Shown piece by piece: positions 60,599-64,000 of a stretch of 64,000 nt of DNA. Origin of the DNA: Eikenella sp. Its GTDB lineage: Bacteria > Pseudomonadota > Gammaproteobacteria > Burkholderiales > Neisseriaceae. The DNA is taken from the NCBI GenBank assembly GCA_030528345.1, contig JAUMZB010000002.1:39456-103455 (forward strand). Direction: 5' to 3'. A model generated the notes under the pieces. It was given only the letters and a program-made list of their open reading frames with translations. It had not been told where the DNA came from and searched no databases. A program made the position numbers and the translations under genes. Position 1 is the first letter of the stretch, and the number at the start of each line of letters is the position of its first letter.

Positions 60599-61678
60599 AT
60601 GAATCCGGAAACTTTGCGCGCCGCCTTAGAAGCGGTGCCGCTGCCCGACAGCCGCTTGAGCATCGGCAGCGAAAAGGCGCTGAAACAACTGGCTGCCGAC
60701 CAGGGCGTGCTGCAAGTGGGTCTGCAATTCGGCCTGCCGGTGGCGCACCTTGCGCCGGTTTTGGAGCGGGCAGTGGCCGAGGCCGCAGCGGCGGCCGGTT
60801 GGAACGGCCCGCTAAACATCCAAGTCGGCAGCCGGATCGAAGCCCACCAGGTACAGCCCGGCATGCGCACCCTGGCCGGCGTGAAAAATATAGTGGCCGT
60901 GGCTTCGGGCAAAGGCGGCGTGGGCAAATCCACCACTTCGGCCAATCTGGCGGCGGCCATGCAGCGCATGGGCGCGCGCGTGGGCGTGCTGGATGCCGAC
61001 CTCTACGGCCCCAGCCAGCCCACCATGCTCGGCGTGGCCGGGCAAACCCCGGCCCAGCAAAACGGCCGTTTCCTGCCCGTACGCTCGCCGGAAGGCATCC
61101 AAGTGATGTCGATCGGCTTTCTGGTGGACACCGACCAGGCCGTGGTTTGGCGCGGGCCGATGGTGAGTCAGGCGCTGCAACAACTGCTGTTTCAAAGCGA
61201 GTGGGACGAAGTGGACTATCTGTTTGTCGACCTGCCGCCCGGCACCGGCGACATCCAACTCACCCTGTCGCAAAAAATCCCGGTTACCGGCGCGGTGGTG
61301 GTGACCACCCCGCAAGACATCGCCCTGATTGACGCCCGCAAGGCGGTGGATATGTTCCGCAAGGTCAATATTCCGATTTTCGGCGTGCTGGAAAATATGT
61401 CGGTGCACATCTGCAGCCGCTGCGGCCATCAGGAAGCCTTGTTCGGACAGGACGGCGGCAAGGCGCTGGCCGAACGGCTGAACGTGCCGCTGCTCGGCCA
61501 GCTGCCGCTGAGCCTGCCGGTGCGCGAAGCCATGGACCAAGGCCGAGCCGCCGCGTTGCAGGCCGCCCACCCCGCCATTGCCGACGTTTACACCGCCGCG
61601 GCCTGGCAGGTGGCGCAGGCGGTGGCCGCCAAAGGACGCGATTTCAGCAGCCGCTTCCCGAAAATCGTGGTGGAATAA
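60599..61678 (+). CDS. apbC: Fe-S cluster carrier ATPase ApbC/Mrp
   Basis: 359 aa. Deviant Walker A (VASGKGGVGKSTTSANLA), the CxxC motif (ICSRCGHQ), and an N-terminal DUF59-like domain. Confidence 0.9.
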   Translation: MNPETLRAALEAVPLPDSRLSIGSEKALKQLAADQGVLQVGLQFGLPVAHLAPVLERAVAEAAAAAGWNGPLNIQVGSRIEAHQVQPGMRTLAGVKNIVAVASGKGGVGKSTTSANLAAAMQRMGARVGVLDADLYGPSQPTMLGVAGQTPAQQNGRFLPVRSPEGIQVMSIGFLVDTDQAVVWRGPMVSQALQQLLFQSEWDEVDYLFVDLPPGTGDIQLTLSQKIPVTGAVVVTTPQDIALIDARKAVDMFRKVNIPIFGVLENMSVHICSRCGHQEALFGQDGGKALAERLNVPLLGQLPLSLPVREAMDQGRAAALQAAHPAIADVYTAAAWQVAQAVAAKGRDFSSRFPKIVVE

Positions 61679-61750
61679 GCCGCCCCGCCGACAGCAAACT
61701 TTGTTATACAATAGCGCTCCCGTTTTCCCGTCCAACTGCGGAGCGCTTTT

Positions 61751-62167
61751 ATGTCTGCCTACGATCCGAACAATATCTTCGCCAAAATCCTGCGCGGCGA
61801 AATCCCCAACCACACCGTTTACGAAGACGAACACACGCTGGCCTTTATGGACGTGATGCCGCAGGCGCGCGGCCATGTGCTGGTGATTCCGAAAACCGCC
61901 GCCGTCGAGCTTGCCGACCTGCCGCTGGACGCTGCCCGCGCCGTGATGGCCACCGCCCAGAAAGTGATGGCGGCTCAGCGTAAAGTGCTGCAGCGGCAGG
62001 GCATCGTGCAGATGCAGCTCAACCACGCCCAAGCCGGCCAAAGCGTGTTCCACTACCACCTGCACCTGATTCCCGCCAATGTACACGAACTGGGCCGCCA
62101 CGAAGGCGGCATGGCCGATCACGCCGAATTGGCCGCGCTGGCGGCCGAGCTGCGCGCCGCGCTGTAA
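61751..62167 (+). CDS. HIT-family (histidine triad) nucleotide hydrolase
   Basis: 138 aa. HxHxHxx motif (VFHYHLHLIPA). Confidence 0.8.
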   Translation: MSAYDPNNIFAKILRGEIPNHTVYEDEHTLAFMDVMPQARGHVLVIPKTAAVELADLPLDAARAVMATAQKVMAAQRKVLQRQGIVQMQLNHAQAGQSVFHYHLHLIPANVHELGRHEGGMADHAELAALAAELRAAL

Positions 62168-62344
62168 CGCGCCACCGCCAGACGAAAAGATTAAATTCAA
62201 AATTTAATCAAATGATTAAACCCGAACCCTCCCGTCTGCCGTCAGAAAAACGGCAGGGGCGCGTCCAAGCTGGCGAACCGGTATGGCACAGCGCGCCGGC
62301 TTGGTTTTCTCACTCCCGCCATGATCTACGAAAGGAATTTCACC

Positions 62345-62620
62345 ATGAAAAAAAACTCCGTTTTGGCCCTGGCCACCGCCCTGTCTGCCCTGACCGTGGG
62401 CGCCTACTCCGTGAGCCATGCACACGGCCACCATCACCACCACCATCCGGCAACTGAAAAAGCACAAGAAGCCGCTTGCGGCGCGGCCAAATCCGGCGAG
62501 GCCGCCTGCGGCGCCCACAAAGCCGGGGAAGCGGCCTGCGGCGCTCAAAACAAAGCCGGGGACGCAGCCTGCGGCGCACACGGCAAATCCGGCGAAGCCG
62601 CCTGCGGCGCTGCCCACTAA
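62345..62620 (+). CDS. secreted Cys/His-rich repeat precursor peptide (HvfA/bufferin-like, DUF2282-type) for the adjacent MNIO enzyme
   Basis: Sec signal peptide (MKKNSVLALATALSALTVGAYSVSHA), an HGHHHHHH tract, then five tandem repeats (AQEAACGAAKS / GEAACGAHKA / GEAACGAQNKA / GDAACGAHGKS / GEAACGAAH), each with one Cys. Strong RBS (aaaggaa). An inverted DUS-pair hairpin separates it from the next gene. Confidence 0.6.
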   Translation: MKKNSVLALATALSALTVGAYSVSHAHGHHHHHHPATEKAQEAACGAAKSGEAACGAHKAGEAACGAQNKAGDAACGAHGKSGEAACGAAH

Positions 62621-62628
62621 ACGGTTTT

Positions 62629-62659
62629 CAGGCTACCTGAAAGCGTTTCAGGTAGCCTG
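62629..62659. terminator. inverted DUS pair between the precursor gene and the DUF692 gene (candidate attenuator)
   Basis: caggctacctgaaagcgtttcaggtagcctg. Confidence 0.5.
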
Positions 62660-62793
62660 ATGCCCCGCCCGAGTTTTTGGCAAAACCCTTCCTCCGGCCC
62701 ACGCCTCAAACAGGGATGTTTTTGTCAAAACCTCGTTCCGCCCGGCTCCGGCCGCCCTGTTTCCTGCCAACGCCCTGCCTTCGGATACCCTTG

Positions 62794-63666
62794 ATGATGC
62801 CTGCCCCGACTCCCCGTCCCCTGCCCGCCGCCCGCGCCGGCCTGGGCTACCGCCGCCCCTTTGCGGCAGAACTGCTCAGCCTCGAGCCGCAGCAATGTCC
62901 CATTGCTTTTCTCGAAATCGCGCCCGAAAACTGGGCCCGCATGGGCGGCGCCGCTCTGCGCCAATTCGATCAGGCCGCCGAACGCTTCCCCGTGGCCTGC
63001 CACGGCCTCTCTCTCTCCTTGGGCGGCCGCGACCCGCTCGACACCGCCCTCTTGGCCGACATCAAACGGCTGATGCACCGCTACGGCATGAGCTTCTTCT
63101 CCGAGCACCTGAGCTACTGCGGTCACGCAGGCCAGTTATACGACCTGCTGCCGCTGCCGTTTACCGGCGAAATGGTGCGGCATACCGCCGCGCGCATCCG
63201 CCAGGTGCAGGACTTCCTCGGCATGCAGATTGCGGTGGAAAACACCTCTTACTATGTGCACAGCGATTTGGCCGAAATGGACGAAGTGGCCTTTCTGAAT
63301 GCGGTGGCGGCGGAAGCCGACTGCGCCATCCATCTGGACATCAACAACATTTTCGTCAACCAAACCAACCACGGCCTGTTGGACGCCCGCGACTTTCTGG
63401 ATCGGGTGGACGGCAGACGGGTGCGCTATCTGCACATCGCCGGCCATGAAGCGGAAGCGGAGGATTTGCTGATCGACACCCACGGCGAAACCGTGCGTGA
63501 CAGCGTATGGGATTTGCTCGACTACGCCTACCGCGTGCTGCCCCAAGTGCCGCCCACCCTGCTTGAGCGCGACTTCAACTTCCCCCCGTTTGCCGAGCTG
63601 CTGGCCGAAGTCGCGCACATCGACGCTTTGCAGCAACCCTACCGGAGCCAATATGCCGCAGCCTGA
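62794..63666 (+). CDS. DUF692-family multinuclear non-heme iron oxidative enzyme (MNIO; MbnB/HvfB/BufB-like)
   Basis: About 290 aa from [11 protein letters not shown]...[11 protein letters not shown]-barrel DUF692 motifs ([31 protein letters not shown]). The ORF track extends 5' to 62677. Confidence 0.8.
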   Translation: MMPAPTPRPLPAARAGLGYRRPFAAELLSLEPQQCPIAFLEIAPENWARMGGAALRQFDQAAERFPVACHGLSLSLGGRDPLDTALLADIKRLMHRYGMSFFSEHLSYCGHAGQLYDLLPLPFTGEMVRHTAARIRQVQDFLGMQIAVENTSYYVHSDLAEMDEVAFLNAVAAEADCAIHLDINNIFVNQTNHGLLDARDFLDRVDGRRVRYLHIAGHEAEAEDLLIDTHGETVRDSVWDLLDYAYRVLPQVPPTLLERDFNFPPFAELLAEVAHIDALQQPYRSQYAAA

Positions 63667-64000
63667 TGCGGCCGCCTACCAGGCGGCATTGGCCGAATTT
63701 GTCCGCAACCCCGAACAGGCTGCGCCGCCCGGCATCTGCCCCGAGCGCGCCGCCGTCTATACCCGCCTGACCCGCAACAATGTGCGCAGCTTCGTGCGCC
63801 GCTGCTTCACGGCCGCCCGACCCTTGGCCGCCGCCGAAGTGTGGGCCGATTTGGAAAACCGCTTTTTGGCCGAAGCCGCCCCCGCCAGCCCTTATTTCAG
63901 CGACATCCCCGCCCTGTTTGTCGAATACGCCCGCACCGACGGCCGGCTGCCCGCACCGCTGCTGGCGCTGATGGATTTCGAAACCGTACAGCTGGCCGCC
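63653..64000 (+). CDS. DUF2063-family partner protein (MbnC/HvfC/BufC-like), truncated at the window end
   Basis: The ATG overlaps the DUF692 stop by 14 bp. N-terminus [22 protein letters not shown]...[16 protein letters not shown] matches the DUF2063 N-terminal signature. It runs off the window and so is not in the ORF track. Confidence 0.7.
   Translation, partial: MPQPDAAAYQAALAEFVRNPEQAAPPGICPERAAVYTRLTRNNVRSFVRRCFTAARPLAAAEVWADLENRFLAEAAPASPYFSDIPALFVEYARTDGRLPAPLLALMDFETVQLAA

Overview
GC-rich chromosomal segment from a member of the Neisseriaceae. The evidence for that is the density of 12-mer DNA-uptake sequences: more than 40 copies of AGGCTACCTGAA (the Eikenella-type AG-eikDUS dialect) or its reverse complement, plus about 8 AGGCTGCCTGAA-type variants, many arranged as inverted pairs at gene 3' ends. 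Most of the window is housekeeping: minCDE-oxyR (the classic Neisseria arrangement), gcvT and gcvH, kefC, rmuC, pitA, purB, terC, rpmE, thyA, dusA, cobB, prlC, mntH, uvrD, prmC, nhaA, apbC and others. Accessory content: (1) a roughly 16-kb aromatic catabolic island, about 23.9-39.9 kb, bounded and internally punctuated by two families of miniature repeat elements. It carries hpaR and a homoprotocatechuate meta-cleavage operon (hpaG-E-D-F-H-I) with an extra aldehyde dehydrogenase, an APC permease, a single-component phenol-hydroxylase-family flavin monooxygenase in place of HpaBC, a DAO-family amine oxidase-like flavoenzyme and a cupin. (2) A LOG (cytokinin-riboside-phosphate hydrolase) gene adjacent and divergent to a bacterial GH3-family acyl-amido synthetase. 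(3) At the 3' edge of the window, a truncated MNIO/DUF692-DUF2063 RiPP-type cluster. Its Sec-secreted precursor carries a His6 tract and five tandem xGEAACGAxK cysteine repeats, which makes it a candidate for a bufferin/HvfA-like copper-binding peptide system. (4) An AT-rich two-gene islet, a DUF1399 protein plus an XRE regulator, at the 5' end. No rRNA, tRNA, CRISPR array or prophage genes were recognised.
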